NCBI GenBank assembly: GCA_001805965.1
Contig: MHHG01000075.1
Coordinates: 8,826-72,825 of the forward strand
DNA from: Omnitrophica WOR_2 bacterium RIFOXYA2_FULL_38_17
GTDB taxonomy: Bacteria > Omnitrophota > Gorgyraeia > Zapsychrales > Zapsychraceae
Length of the DNA: 64,000 bases
Direction of reading: 5' to 3'
Shown: positions 20,229 to 30,234 of the stretch, in pieces
How positions within the stretch are numbered: position 1 is the first letter of the stretch
Layout: every line of letters begins with the position of its first letter
The notes under the pieces: generated by a model
Database searches by the model: none
Told to the model about the DNA's origin: nothing
The model's input: the letters and a program-made list of their open reading frames with translations, nothing else
Made by a program: the position numbers and the translations under genes

Positions 20229-21983
20229 CTACCACCCGCCGCCGCCACCTCCACCGCCGCCGCCACCTGAAAAACCACCGCCCTTACTTCCAGAGCTCGA
20301 ACCGGGTGGCGTTGATGACGAAGCTATGGCATTTGAAAAAGAGCTTGAAAGATTGCTTGAAAAATCATTAACCCTGAAATCACCATGCCTTCCATGATAC
20401 CAATAAGGATGATATACCTTGCCAGCCTGGGCCAGCCTTTCAAACACTGCAGCAAATTGTTCTGACCATTTCTGTTCAACCCCCAAAGCAAGAGCAAATG
20501 GCAAATACTTCTCAAAAAGCTCAGGTGTCTGGTCCGGAGGATTGAGCAGCTTCATTCTTTCTTTTTCAGTAACTGAAAGGAACATCTTGAACCCCTCGAT
20601 CTGGTCCATTATCTTTCGCCCTTGTGAAGTAGGGGCCTTGAGCAAGTTCCCGAAAATGCCACAAAGTACCAGTCCGCCCACCCAGATGATAATCCCAGAA
20701 AGAGCCCCAAAAAAACCACCCTTCACCATAAAAAATGCACAAGCCGAAAAGGCTAAATATATCAGGAAACCTATTCCAAAAAGGCCTTTGTTTGAGTGAA
20801 AATACACCTGCTCAAGCTGCTTTTCCAAGCCTTTTTGAAGTGAATTGATCGAGGCCCTGATCACATGATGATTTGTATTTACCAGCTCTAATCCTGAGGC
20901 CTTGCCTATAGAAAGCTGTTTCGCAGCATTTTGTTCTTCAATTGAGAGAAGCTTAAGCTTCTCTTCATCATCCCTCTTAAGAACATAGGTCTTGCCTCCG
21001 AACAATCCTGAATCTTTTTCTTCTATCTTAATATATCCTTTGACAGCCATGTTCAATACTGCTGCAGTAAATATCTTATTGTCATAGCCCATGTTCAATA
21101 AAAAGCGCATCGCTCCCGGGGACATTTTTTCAGGAGGATGAAAAAGAGGTATAATTATCCCTTTCTTTGGGTCCCTTCCGACATTATCCCATGCCAGATA
21201 AAAGAACAAACCAATAACGAACAGCATCAACAAAGCGATTAAAATATCTTTATTGTCAGTTATGAAATATTGTAGCTTCATCAAAGAAGTGGGCGCCTTA
21301 ACAAATCCTTTTGGCCAAGAAACAACAATAGTCAGGCCTTCTCTTAAATTCAAAGCCCTTGTCGTATCAAAGACCGGCTCATTATAAAGATTCTTTCCTG
21401 TAACACAGGCTTGCTCATTTGAGCCCTGATATCCGGTATAACACTTAACGTCCATGACCTCACTTTTTGCAGATTCCGGAAGTATTACAATAGCGGTAGC
21501 TTTCTCTATCGGAAAATCCCAGCCATTACCAGTCACGTTCCAATAAATCTCATCGTGGTCTTCAAAGAAGCCAAGCTGTCTTGTAGTCTCATAAACTATA
21601 GTGTATGTATAATCATCTGTCTTCAGGAAAACATCCTTATCCCCGATATAAACACGCTTACCATTAGACATATTGCTCATAAGATAATTGTCTTCTATGC
21701 CGTCACGCAATATCTCCAGGACCTCAAACCCCACGACATAATTATTGCCGAATCTATCTTTATACCTCGTAGGAAAATCCCTATATATTCCCCTCTTTAT
21801 GTTAAGGCCCTCTGCACGCACTTTAATTGTCTCTGTCACGATCATGGTTGAATCTTCCTTTACCTGGATCTGGCTATCAAAAGAAATGATCCTTTCCTGT
21901 GCAAAAGCAAAACTGCCAAGTGCGCAAAAAATAAATATGGACAAAATAATGAGTGATCGTTTTCTAATAGAATTTATCTTCAT
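20229..21983 (-). CDS. DUF2207-family membrane protein with a C-terminal poly-Gly tail
   Basis: The likely start is the internal ATG at 21983 (Shine-Dalgarno GGGAG 5 nt upstream), with signal peptide '[28 protein letters not shown]'. An extracytoplasmic domain, then TM helices, then '[17 protein letters not shown]'. The longer track ORF would overlap lemA by 50 nt. Confidence 0.6.
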   Translation of the reverse strand: MKINSIRKRSLIILSIFIFCALGSFAFAQERIISFDSQIQVKEDSTMIVTETIKVRAEGLNIKRGIYRDFPTRYKDRFGNNYVVGFEVLEILRDGIEDNYLMSNMSNGKRVYIGDKDVFLKTDDYTYTIVYETTRQLGFFEDHDEIYWNVTGNGWDFPIEKATAIVILPESAKSEVMDVKCYTGYQGSNEQACVTGKNLYNEPVFDTTRALNLREGLTIVVSWPKGFVKAPTSLMKLQYFITDNKDILIALLMLFVIGLFFYLAWDNVGRDPKKGIIIPLFHPPEKMSPGAMRFLLNMGYDNKIFTAAVLNMAVKGYIKIEEKDSGLFGGKTYVLKRDDEEKLKLLSIEEQNAAKQLSIGKASGLELVNTNHHVIRASINSLQKGLEKQLEQVYFHSNKGLFGIGFLIYLAFSACAFFMVKGGFFGALSGIIIWVGGLVLCGIFGNLLKAPTSQGRKIMDQIEGFKMFLSVTEKERMKLLNPPDQTPELFEKYLPFALALGVEQKWSEQFAAVFERLAQAGKVYHPYWYHGRHGDFRVNDFSSNLSSSFSNAIASSSTPPGSSSGSKGGGFSGGGGGGGGGGGW

Positions 21984-22014
21984 ACGGGCTCCCGGATTTA
22001 AATAACTGCTTTCA

Positions 22015-22563
22015 TTAGAACTGGACTTTTGGAACTGCCCTGACCTCAGCAGACTCAACTTCAAAGAAAGGCTCTGCTGTAAAATTAAACATGTTTGCCA
22101 CTATGCAGCTTGGGATTGACTGCACTTTGATATTGTAGTCCCTTACCGCTCCATTATAATACCTTCTAGATAACTGGATCTCATCCTCAATATCCGCGAG
22201 ATTTTTTTGTAATTCTATAAAAGTCGTATTTGCCTTTAGGTCCGGATAGTTCTCGCTGACCGCAAAAATGGTCTTTAATGCCCTTGATATGCCGCTTTCC
22301 AAGCCAGCTTTTTCTTCAACGCCCGTCGCGCCCATGACCTTTGTCCTTAAACTGGTCACTTCCTCCAAAACGCCTTTTTCATGCTTCATATACCCTTTTA
22401 CCGTCTCAAGCAGATTGGGTATTAAGTTGTGGCGCCTTTTTAACTGGACATCAACACCGCTAAACCCTTCCTTGACCTGAATCCTGCCCTTAACCAAGCC
22501 ATTATACATCCCTGTAAAAACCGCCAAAACAATCCCAATAACGACCAATAGACCTAGTAACAT
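22015..22563 (-). CDS. lemA: LemA family protein
   Basis: An N-terminal TM segment and the conserved LemA core ('[13 protein letters not shown]', 'ENYPDLKAN', '[12 protein letters not shown]'). Confidence 0.85.
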   Translation of the reverse strand: MLLGLLVVIGIVLAVFTGMYNGLVKGRIQVKEGFSGVDVQLKRRHNLIPNLLETVKGYMKHEKGVLEEVTSLRTKVMGATGVEEKAGLESGISRALKTIFAVSENYPDLKANTTFIELQKNLADIEDEIQLSRRYYNGAVRDYNIKVQSIPSCIVANMFNFTAEPFFEVESAEVRAVPKVQF

Positions 22564-22594
22564 TTCATCCTCCTTGTATTTTACGATAAATTAT

Positions 22595-23662
22595 TTAATG
22601 CACGCCCTTTATTCCGAGATCAAAATCTGTTTTGCTGTCAGCAGATATACGGGCATCATTCTCATCCACAATGCCGGCCTTGACCAGATCAAGCAAGGAC
22701 CGTTTAAATGATTTCATCCCAAAGATCTCGCCTTCATCAATGTACGACTGGATCTCCCTTGTTTTGCCTTCTCTGATCAATCTGGCTATGGTCGGGGTCA
22801 CTACCATTGTTTCAAAGGCAGGGACCCTTCCCTGTCCATCAATCCTTGGCAGCAACCTAATGGAAACCACGCCCCTTAATATCATTGAAAGCTGCATTCT
22901 CACTTCATCATGCAAGTAAGGCGGAAAGAAGTTCACGATCCTGATAATGGTCTGCACGGCATTTACAGTATGGAATGTGGTCATTACGAATGTCCCAAGC
23001 TCTGTAGCAGTTATCGCCGCTTTCATCGTGGCTTCATCGCGGATATTGCCGATAAACATGATATCCGGGCTCTGCTGGGTCACATGTTTTAATGCTGATG
23101 TATACGAAGGGACGTCTATCCCCAGCTCTCTTTGACTTATTAAGCACTTCTTATCCTCAAATAAATATTCAACCGGGTCCTCTATGGTGATCACATGTTT
23201 TGACTGATTATTGTTTATATACTCAAGCATACTGGCTATTGTCGTCGATTTACCGTTCCCGGCGGGGCCGCACACCAGGAATAATCCTGACGCCTCCTCG
23301 CAGAACATCCGGCAAAGCTCATCAGGCAAGTTCAATTCTTTAAAAGTCTTTATCTTGGAATGAACATACCTTGCAACGATAGCCGTAGTCCCTCTCTGCA
23401 AGAACATGTTTATCCTGAACCTGCCGTAGTCCGGGTCAACATGAATAAAATCAATATCCTGCTTCTCGATAAACTCCCTTTTTCTCTGGTCCTTTTCTAG
23501 AAAATAATTCGATATGATCGTCATATCTTCGCTGGTCACTTCTTTAAAATCCATTTTCTTTACTTTGCCATCAACTCGCATGTGAGGTGCTGCGGATAAC
23601 CTTAAATACAGGTCGGAAGCTTCGCTTTCCACAACAGACCTTAAAATCTTTTTTATTTCCAT
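22595..23662 (-). CDS. pilT: Type IV pilus retraction ATPase PilT
   Basis: Walker A 'GPAGNGKST' in a PilT-type 355-aa secretion ATPase. Confidence 0.85.
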   Translation of the reverse strand: MEIKKILRSVVESEASDLYLRLSAAPHMRVDGKVKKMDFKEVTSEDMTIISNYFLEKDQRKREFIEKQDIDFIHVDPDYGRFRINMFLQRGTTAIVARYVHSKIKTFKELNLPDELCRMFCEEASGLFLVCGPAGNGKSTTIASMLEYINNNQSKHVITIEDPVEYLFEDKKCLISQRELGIDVPSYTSALKHVTQQSPDIMFIGNIRDEATMKAAITATELGTFVMTTFHTVNAVQTIIRIVNFFPPYLHDEVRMQLSMILRGVVSIRLLPRIDGQGRVPAFETMVVTPTIARLIREGKTREIQSYIDEGEIFGMKSFKRSLLDLVKAGIVDENDARISADSKTDFDLGIKGVH

Positions 23663-23702
23663 ATTCCTGTCCTTATCTAACGATTAAAAACAATTACTTT
23701 AT

Positions 23703-24038
23703 TTATCGAATCCCTTTTATCTTTTTTAGGATCGCCTGTTCTTTTAAAATAAGTTCTTCTTTTTTATCCGAAGGCCCTCCTGCATAACCGCCAAGGGTTC
23801 CATCCTCTTTAACAACTCTATGGCAAGGTATGATAACAGGGTAGGGATTCCTTCTTAGCGCCTGGCCGACTGCACGAAAAGCCTTTGGCCTGCCTATTTT
23901 TTCAGCAACCCACTTATAAGACCTTGTTTCACCAAAAGGTATTTTAGCTGTTTGCTCAAGTACCTGCCATTGAAATCTGGTTAAATTACAATGGGCTTCA
24001 TGCTCGACATTTTTGCAATACTTACTGTTCTTCGCCAT
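23703..24038 (-). CDS. ogt: Methylated-DNA-[protein]-cysteine S-methyltransferase, DNA-binding-domain-only (MGMT family)
   Basis: Active-site motif 'PCHRVV' within a 111-aa MGMT C-terminal-domain fold. Confidence 0.8.
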   Translation of the reverse strand: MAKNSKYCKNVEHEAHCNLTRFQWQVLEQTAKIPFGETRSYKWVAEKIGRPKAFRAVGQALRRNPYPVIIPCHRVVKEDGTLGGYAGGPSDKKEELILKEQAILKKIKGIR

Positions 24039-24068
24039 ATATCATTGACCTTAATATAAAAGCATTTA

Positions 24069-25316
24069 TTACGCTAAATCCATTTTTTTCGATCTTAATT
24101 TTCTATGATAGGAGACCGCGAAACGATGAGCCTCATCCCTTAGTCTCTGAAGCAGCTTTAATCCCAAGGAATTCTCAGCTAATTTCACAGGATCCCTTCT
24201 CTTGGGCAGGAAGATCTCTTCTTCTCTTTTGGCCAAAGAAGCGATCGGGATATCTGCGCCTATTAATTCCAGTTGCTCACAAGCCGCCCCTAATTGCCCC
24301 TTTCCCCCATCTATCACTATCAGATCCGGGTAAGCCGACCCTTCGTCTTTGAGCCTTCGATAACGCCTTCTAACAACCTCAGCTATCATTTTAAAATCAT
24401 CAATACCCTCAACCTCTTTAATGCGAAACTTCCTGTATTCCTTTTTATCCGGAGCTCCGTTAAAGAACGACACCATCGAACCGACCGGCTGCTCTCCCAT
24501 AATATTTGAAATATCAAATGCCTCTAACCTTTGAGGTAGCCTTGGCAGTTTTAAAGCCCTCATCAGCTGCTCAGCTTCTTTGTAATAATTAATGTCTTTC
24601 GTTGAAGAGTATAAAGCTCCAATTGCCCTGAGCTGATCACGCACCTTTATCGCTTTTTCATATTCATGCTCTTGCGATAACTTTTCCATTTGCATGGTAA
24701 GGCCTCTGTAGAGGTCATCCTTTCTTCCCTCAAGTATCAGGCAAACATTCCGGACATTCTTCTTGTAATCTGCCTTTGATACCTTACCGATACAAGGCGC
24801 ATCACAAAGACCGATATGATTATCCAGGCATTCCTTTTTTGGGATTTTCGCACATGACCTGAAAGGAAATATTTTCCTGATAATTATCAATGCCTCCCTA
24901 AGCAGCGTTGCGTTAACGTAAGGGCCATAATATTTCGCATCTTTTCTTTTTTTATTTGGACGGACAATCGAGATCTTGGGAAATTCCTCTATTGTTATTT
25001 CGATCAAGGGATAGGACTTATCGTCCCTTAAAGATATATTATATCTGGGCTTATATTGCTTTATCAGGTTTGCTTCCAATATAAGCGCTTCCGCCTCACT
25101 TGCAGTTTCAATGTGGTCTATATCCTTAATGTCTTCAACTAGCTTTGCAGTTTTTACAGAATCTTTATTTGTTCTAAAATACGATTGTACCCTTTTTCTC
25201 AGGGATATTGCCTTTCCGACATAGATCACCTTTCCCGTAACATTTTTCATCAGGTAAACACCGCTTGATGCCGGTAAAGCTTTTAACTTGTCTCTCAGTT
25301 CATCAGCACTTTTCAT
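24069..25316 (-). CDS. uvrC: UvrC-like excinuclease subunit (GIY-YIG, UvrBC and RNase H-like endonuclease domains) lacking the C-terminal (HhH)2 domain
   Basis: GIY-YIG N-terminus 'SGVYLMKN...VIYVGKA', a UVR motif 'EYEKAIKVRDQLRAI', and endonuclease-domain block 'IVIDGGKGQL' near the C-terminus. At 415 aa it stops before the HhH region. Confidence 0.7.
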   Translation of the reverse strand: MKSADELRDKLKALPASSGVYLMKNVTGKVIYVGKAISLRKRVQSYFRTNKDSVKTAKLVEDIKDIDHIETASEAEALILEANLIKQYKPRYNISLRDDKSYPLIEITIEEFPKISIVRPNKKRKDAKYYGPYVNATLLREALIIIRKIFPFRSCAKIPKKECLDNHIGLCDAPCIGKVSKADYKKNVRNVCLILEGRKDDLYRGLTMQMEKLSQEHEYEKAIKVRDQLRAIGALYSSTKDINYYKEAEQLMRALKLPRLPQRLEAFDISNIMGEQPVGSMVSFFNGAPDKKEYRKFRIKEVEGIDDFKMIAEVVRRRYRRLKDEGSAYPDLIVIDGGKGQLGAACEQLELIGADIPIASLAKREEEIFLPKRRDPVKLAENSLGLKLLQRLRDEAHRFAVSYHRKLRSKKMDLA

Positions 25317-25349
25317 AATAATTTTATTTTTTGACTACTTAAAAACATA

Positions 25350-26927
25350 CTACAACTTTATCTTACCTTTTACCAATCCCCAGAATTTAACAGCCTGGAT
25401 TACCTTCATCTGAAAACATATAAATCCAAACAAAACATATCCAAATACGATCATAACAAAAAGTTTTATGATTTCGCTAGAAAAGGACACCTTCCTCCAG
25501 CCAAAATATTCAACAAAGCCTACAATTGCCGAGGCCAGGATAACCTTAAGAAAATATTCTAAAAGCCCTGAATTGAGCTTGCCAATCTTCTTTTCTAACA
25601 AATAGAACAATATAAAGAAATCCATTGTCCCTGCTATTGAGCTTGCCAGGGCTATGCCTCCGATTTTCAAAGGACCCATCAAGAGAAAATTCAATATAGC
25701 ATTAATGCACAAGCAAAATGCTGCTATTTTAACAGGCGTTTTTGTGTCCTGCAAAGAGTGAAAGACTGTAACAAGAATTTTAATGCCCCCAAAGCTGAAC
25801 AGCCCGATCGAATAAAACATCAGCGCCCAAGATGTAATATCGGTAGAGTAATTCGTAAATTCTCCTCTTTGAAAAAGGATCCTAATTATCGGAGACGACA
25901 GTAAAAGAAGTATCATTGTCGTAGGGCACATAACAAAGAAAATGTTCTCAAGTGAAAAAACAAGCGTCCTCTTTAAAGCATTAATATCCTTTCTACTTGC
26001 TTGGCCAGAAAATGTCGGGAGCACTACCGCAGCTAAAGCAATGCTAAAGATACCCATAGGAAACTGTATTATCCTGTTGGCATAATAAATCGCCGAAATA
26101 CCGCCTGTGCCGACAATTACTGATAGTGATGCGCAAAAAACATCGATCAAAACAGTAAGCTGATAAACACCGCTTCCAAGCATTCGCGGCATCAGCAGTT
26201 TGCCGATCTTAACAGCTCCAGGATGGTACAGTGATTTTGGGATCTTATATGTCATGCCCACTCGCAGCAATGGCTTGATCTGCGCCAATAATTGCAGAAC
26301 TCCACCTACCAGCACCCCGATCGCTAAACCAAAAACAGGCTCCTTCATATTACAAGAAGCAAAATACGCGCTTGCTATTATAGATATGTTTAAAAGGCAT
26401 GGACTAAAGGCAGGTACGATAAAAGACCGAAAAGTATATAGAATGCCGCTGCTGTAGGCTGTAAGGCCTATCAGTATTAAATAAGGGAACATTATTTTTG
26501 TCAAACGTACTGCCAGCAGGAATCCATCATGATTTACGACAAACCCGGGAACAAACACCCTGATAATAAAAGGGGCAAACAAGATACCAATAATTGTAAT
26601 GCCGCTTAGCACTATAAGGGCAAGAGTAAATACAACGCTAACAAAATTCCAAAAGGCCTGCCTGTTCTCTTTTTCCAAGTATTGTGCTACAACAGGCACA
26701 ACAGCAGCGTTTGTAGCGCCCTCACCAACCATGTCCCTAAAAAGATTCGGGATCTTTAATGCGACAAAAAAGGCATCTGCGCTTATGCCAGTACCAAGAA
26801 GGCGTGCCAGCACAATATCCCTGAAAAATCCAAGCACCCTGGAACTCAATGTCCCTAAGGATAAAATTGATGTAGCTTTTATGATCGATCGATGCGAATC
26901 TGTTCTGTCTGATTTATTGGTTGACAT
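25350..26927 (-). CDS. murJ: Lipid II flippase MurJ
   Basis: N-terminus 'SRVLGFFRDIVLARLLGTGISADAFFVALKIPNLFRDMVGEGA' with about 14 TM segments. Confidence 0.85.
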   Translation of the reverse strand: MSTNKSDRTDSHRSIIKATSILSLGTLSSRVLGFFRDIVLARLLGTGISADAFFVALKIPNLFRDMVGEGATNAAVVPVVAQYLEKENRQAFWNFVSVVFTLALIVLSGITIIGILFAPFIIRVFVPGFVVNHDGFLLAVRLTKIMFPYLILIGLTAYSSGILYTFRSFIVPAFSPCLLNISIIASAYFASCNMKEPVFGLAIGVLVGGVLQLLAQIKPLLRVGMTYKIPKSLYHPGAVKIGKLLMPRMLGSGVYQLTVLIDVFCASLSVIVGTGGISAIYYANRIIQFPMGIFSIALAAVVLPTFSGQASRKDINALKRTLVFSLENIFFVMCPTTMILLLLSSPIIRILFQRGEFTNYSTDITSWALMFYSIGLFSFGGIKILVTVFHSLQDTKTPVKIAAFCLCINAILNFLLMGPLKIGGIALASSIAGTMDFFILFYLLEKKIGKLNSGLLEYFLKVILASAIVGFVEYFGWRKVSFSSEIIKLFVMIVFGYVLFGFICFQMKVIQAVKFWGLVKGKIKL

Positions 26928-27094
26928 TAATATCCTTTTTTGCTATATTCCCTCATTAATCATGGTAAGAATTTCTGATTTGTTTCTCCAGTTACACAAG
27001 TACAGGCAGATTAATAATTTGCCATATATTAAAAGAAGAAAAGATTTATAGTTCTTTTCAAAACTTAACAAAAATTATAAAAGGAATAACATAA

Positions 27095-27358
27095 ATGCCG
27101 CAAAGAAGATCAGGACTTAAAGAATTAAGAAAAAACCGAACAAATAGAATGCATAATCTTGATATTAAAACAGATCTAAAGAAAACTATTAAAAAATACA
27201 CATCCTCAATAGAAAAGAACAATGCAGCGGAAGCAAAAGAAAACCTAAAAACTGTTTATAAAAAGATTGATAAAGCGTCCAAAAGAAACATCATCTCTAA
27301 AAATACTGCATCTAGACGTAAATCAATGTTCAGTAAAAAAATTACGAAGCTAGCTTAA
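27095..27358 (+). CDS. rpsT: 30S ribosomal protein S20
   Basis: 87 aa, basic, with an S20-like N-terminus 'MPQRRSGLKELRKNRTNRMHN'. Confidence 0.85.
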   Translation: MPQRRSGLKELRKNRTNRMHNLDIKTDLKKTIKKYTSSIEKNNAAEAKENLKTVYKKIDKASKRNIISKNTASRRKSMFSKKITKLA

Positions 27359-27983
27359 CAACTAAGATTTCTAAAGCGTGCTGCACATTTATTCTAGTGC
27401 GCTTGATATTTAAATCGGCCTCTTGAAGTTCCAGGAGGCCTTTTTTATATCTGCTTTCAGCCATCCTTCTTTTATTTTTTTGCCAAAAAGATAATATCCC
27501 GCCAAGTATCCATACAGGCATTTGCCCGTTTTCCAATAAAACAAATAATACCTGTAAAGCTCCCTTGGGATTGCAAGACAATATATCCTCTTCCATTGAA
27601 AACGCAGTTAAAGGCCTGCCTTTCGAAAATGAAAGGACTTCTGCTCTTTTGTACAATTCCTGGATAAAAGAATTTTTTGAAGCAGCGCTATCTGAATCAA
27701 GGATAAGCACAACTTTGTCCTCATCTATTTGAGCAAATTCCAGAATTATTTTTTTGTTTTGATCGGACAATTTCTGACATGTATGGAGGATCACTACTCT
27801 TCTTTTAGCTACCACGGGTAAAGACATCAGCGATTTTTTTAGATCTGCAGGATCAAGCTTATTGCCATCAAGTGTTTCATAATCAAATTGAATCTCATCA
27901 TTTGAGCCAATATATTTCTTTTTTAGCTCATCGATCTTCTGGGATTTCAGAGCATTCTCATCTCCAAGCAACAAATAAATCAT
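27342..27983 (-). CDS. holA: DNA polymerase III delta subunit (compact form)
   Basis: N-terminus 'MIYLLLGDE' and an overall HolA-like layout. The 3' end overlaps rpsT by 17 nt. The lptE-like gene lies upstream, as in the leuS-lptE-holA arrangement. Confidence 0.6.
   Translation of the reverse strand: MIYLLLGDENALKSQKIDELKKKYIGSNDEIQFDYETLDGNKLDPADLKKSLMSLPVVAKRRVVILHTCQKLSDQNKKIILEFAQIDEDKVVLILDSDSAASKNSFIQELYKRAEVLSFSKGRPLTAFSMEEDILSCNPKGALQVLFVLLENGQMPVWILGGILSFWQKNKRRMAESRYKKGLLELQEADLNIKRTRINVQHALEILVVKLAS
27417..27446 (+). terminator. Rho-independent terminator of rpsT, located inside the convergent holA coding sequence
   Basis: A hairpin ggcctc-ttgaagttccag-gaggcc is followed by TTTTTT. 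Confidence 0.5.
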
Positions 27984-28185
27984 AATATTATTTTATGGAA
28001 AATTTGCTTAAGGTAAGCAGCGTTAAAATGCATATTATTTATTACCTCGGTAAATACCTATCGGGATAGCCGCATCCTAATCATAATACCCGACAAATGC
28101 TGCGTAAAGGACAGCCAGCTTTTCTTGTATACCTCATTAGATCGTTGCGAAGGGTTCCTTTGGACAAGTTCTTTTTTACGAGCCT

Positions 28186-28716
28186 CTACCAATCTTCTAC
28201 TGTTCTTTCAACAACTCGCTTCGCTAAATCAATAATTGCATCATTAACTGCTGACTCTTCCGTAGAAGCTTGCGATCCGGTAAGAAAATAAGTTGCTTCA
28301 CCAGCAAAACTTGTTTCACTCCATGCAATTTCTTGATTCTCTGCATCAAAAAGCTCAAGGGCAACAATGACCCTTACCCTATATTCCTCGACATCGTCGT
28401 TATCAGTATACCTTAAAGCATCCCGTTCATAATTCTTTAAAGTGCCTTTTAAAACAAGGTCAGCATCCTCTTTATCAACAACTCTCAGGTAGCCATCAAA
28501 CATAAAGCGGTCCACAATACTATTTCTTATTTTGACCTCAAGCAAAGGGAAATATACATTGCGGACCTTTTCCGTTGTAAATGTTATCTCGTTAGCAAAG
28601 TCTTCAATATAAATCGTTCTGTAATTGCCAGGCAAAGTAGTTCTTGTGGTATAGCCACAACCAAAACAGGCACAGCTTAAAAGCAAAAAACCAAACAGTC
28701 TCAATTTTATTTTCAT
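28186..28716 (-). CDS. lptE: LptE-like LPS-assembly lipoprotein
   Basis: Lipobox 'FGCGYTTRTT', a size of 176 aa, and a position upstream of holA. Confidence 0.5.
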   Translation of the reverse strand: MKIKLRLFGFLLLSCACFGCGYTTRTTLPGNYRTIYIEDFANEITFTTEKVRNVYFPLLEVKIRNSIVDRFMFDGYLRVVDKEDADLVLKGTLKNYERDALRYTDNDDVEEYRVRVIVALELFDAENQEIAWSETSFAGEATYFLTGSQASTEESAVNDAIIDLAKRVVERTVEDW

Positions 28717-29672
28717 AATTGTTTTTTACTCACTTCCCGGATTCTTTCTAAAGCCTTTGATGACCAGGTGGACCCTTTATAATCATCGATAATGCCTTGA
28801 TAATATATTTTTGCAGCTTTATAGTTCTTTTGTTTCTCATAAAATTCAGCAACAAGAAATGCATTCTCGGCTTCTTTTTCTCTTAATCCTTTAATCTCTT
28901 CTTTTGCCTTGTCCGATAGAGCCGCTTCAGGATAATCGCTCATAAAATCTTTCAATCCTTCGACAGCCGCTTCAGTGACCTTTTGATCATACTGTGCCTC
29001 AGTTGACCTCAAAGCATCGGACATTGCGATCTGATATTTTGAAGCCTTGGCCCATTCACTGTCAGGATAATCATTGATAACCTTTTCAAATTCATCCCTT
29101 GCTTCCTGATATAATTTTTTTTCTGAGAGATACTGGCCTATTTTATATTGAGCCTGTGCTGCATACTCGCCATATGGAGCATTCTTAATTACCGTTCTAA
29201 ATACTTCAACAATATCATAGCTATCATCAGCAAATGTTTTTTTAAGAAATCCCTTGCCGCCATCGCCCTCTAGGAGCTTGATTCCTAGATCAAATTGTTT
29301 CTTAATAATCTCAGCTGAACGCTCACTGAACGGATACTTATCAATAACTGTCTGATAGTCTTTAAAAGCGGTAAACAATTTGTCCTGATCTTCATAGCAT
29401 TTAGCAATGTAATATTGCGCTTCAGGAGCCTCTCTTGCGCGGGGATAATGTTTGATGAGCTTCTTTAGCTCTTTAATTGCTTCTTCATAAGACTTTTCTT
29501 CATAAAAGCCCAATGAAAAATCCAGTTGCTCTGCGGGAGTTTCCTTGACAGAATATTTTGGATTGACCCATTTATTGCTTTCCGGTGTCCATATCCAAAA
29601 CGAATGGCAGTTGGTTGGAGCAAAAATCAATATTATTAATATATATAGTATTATATAACTAGCTTTTTTCAT
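28713..29672 (-). CDS. bamD: BamD-like TPR lipoprotein (outer-membrane protein assembly)
   Basis: A signal/lipobox, five TPR-like repeats and a C-terminal 'FLVAEFYEKQKNYKAAKIYYQGIIDDYKGSTWSSKA' resembling BamD. It overlaps the lptE-like gene by 4 nt. Confidence 0.5.
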   Translation of the reverse strand: MKKASYIILYILIILIFAPTNCHSFWIWTPESNKWVNPKYSVKETPAEQLDFSLGFYEEKSYEEAIKELKKLIKHYPRAREAPEAQYYIAKCYEDQDKLFTAFKDYQTVIDKYPFSERSAEIIKKQFDLGIKLLEGDGGKGFLKKTFADDSYDIVEVFRTVIKNAPYGEYAAQAQYKIGQYLSEKKLYQEARDEFEKVINDYPDSEWAKASKYQIAMSDALRSTEAQYDQKVTEAAVEGLKDFMSDYPEAALSDKAKEEIKGLREKEAENAFLVAEFYEKQKNYKAAKIYYQGIIDDYKGSTWSSKALERIREVSKKQL

Positions 29673-29819
29673 CCAGAAGAATCTATCACACTCTTAATAC
29701 TTTGTCAATTAGGGGTAATAATTTATAATTATTATTCCAACAAGGTCATTTCAACCTTCAAAGCGTTTTCCTGATAGGGCAACACCGCGGATTATTATGA
29801 TCACTAAATACTGATTGCC

Positions 29820-30116
29820 TTAATACCTTTTCCCTGCTCTCTCTATTATGGGTATCGTCTTTTTTGAAAGGTGATTATACAGAAGTTCCAGTATCTTAGC
29901 TTTGTCAGTCAAACATTTTACCTCCTGCCAACTGTTAACTCTGCCGCTTCTTTCATAAATCAACTTCTTCCTGCCTACTACTAAGAATATACATATTTTT
30001 TTAGAAAGCTTATTCCTGGACATTACAAAATAATTTCCTGATCCTTCCAGGATCAATATATGCTCAAATACAATGTTTTCATATTGGCCCAAAAAATCCC
30101 TATTATTAACGACCAT
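29820..30116 (-). CDS. Hypothetical 98-aa protein, an orphan between two terminated units
   Basis: An ORF with no recognisable motifs, flanked by 118-nt and 147-nt gaps. Confidence 0.35.
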   Translation of the reverse strand: MVVNNRDFLGQYENIVFEHILILEGSGNYFVMSRNKLSKKICIFLVVGRKKLIYERSGRVNSWQEVKCLTDKAKILELLYNHLSKKTIPIIERAGKRY

Positions 30117-30177
30117 ATTAATTTCCTTTCCTTTGCTCCCCTCTACTTTTTATACGTATAAAAAGACAAAAAGTTAC

Positions 30178-30214
30178 AAAAAAAAGGGGGATAGGCCCTT
30201 TTAGACCTATCCCC
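30178..30214 (-). terminator. Rho-independent terminator downstream of the SPFH gene
   Basis: A 9-10-bp stem ggggatagg/cctatcccc with a T8 run on the minus strand. Confidence 0.6.
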
Positions 30215-30234
30215 ATATGTTCATAAATAAATTA

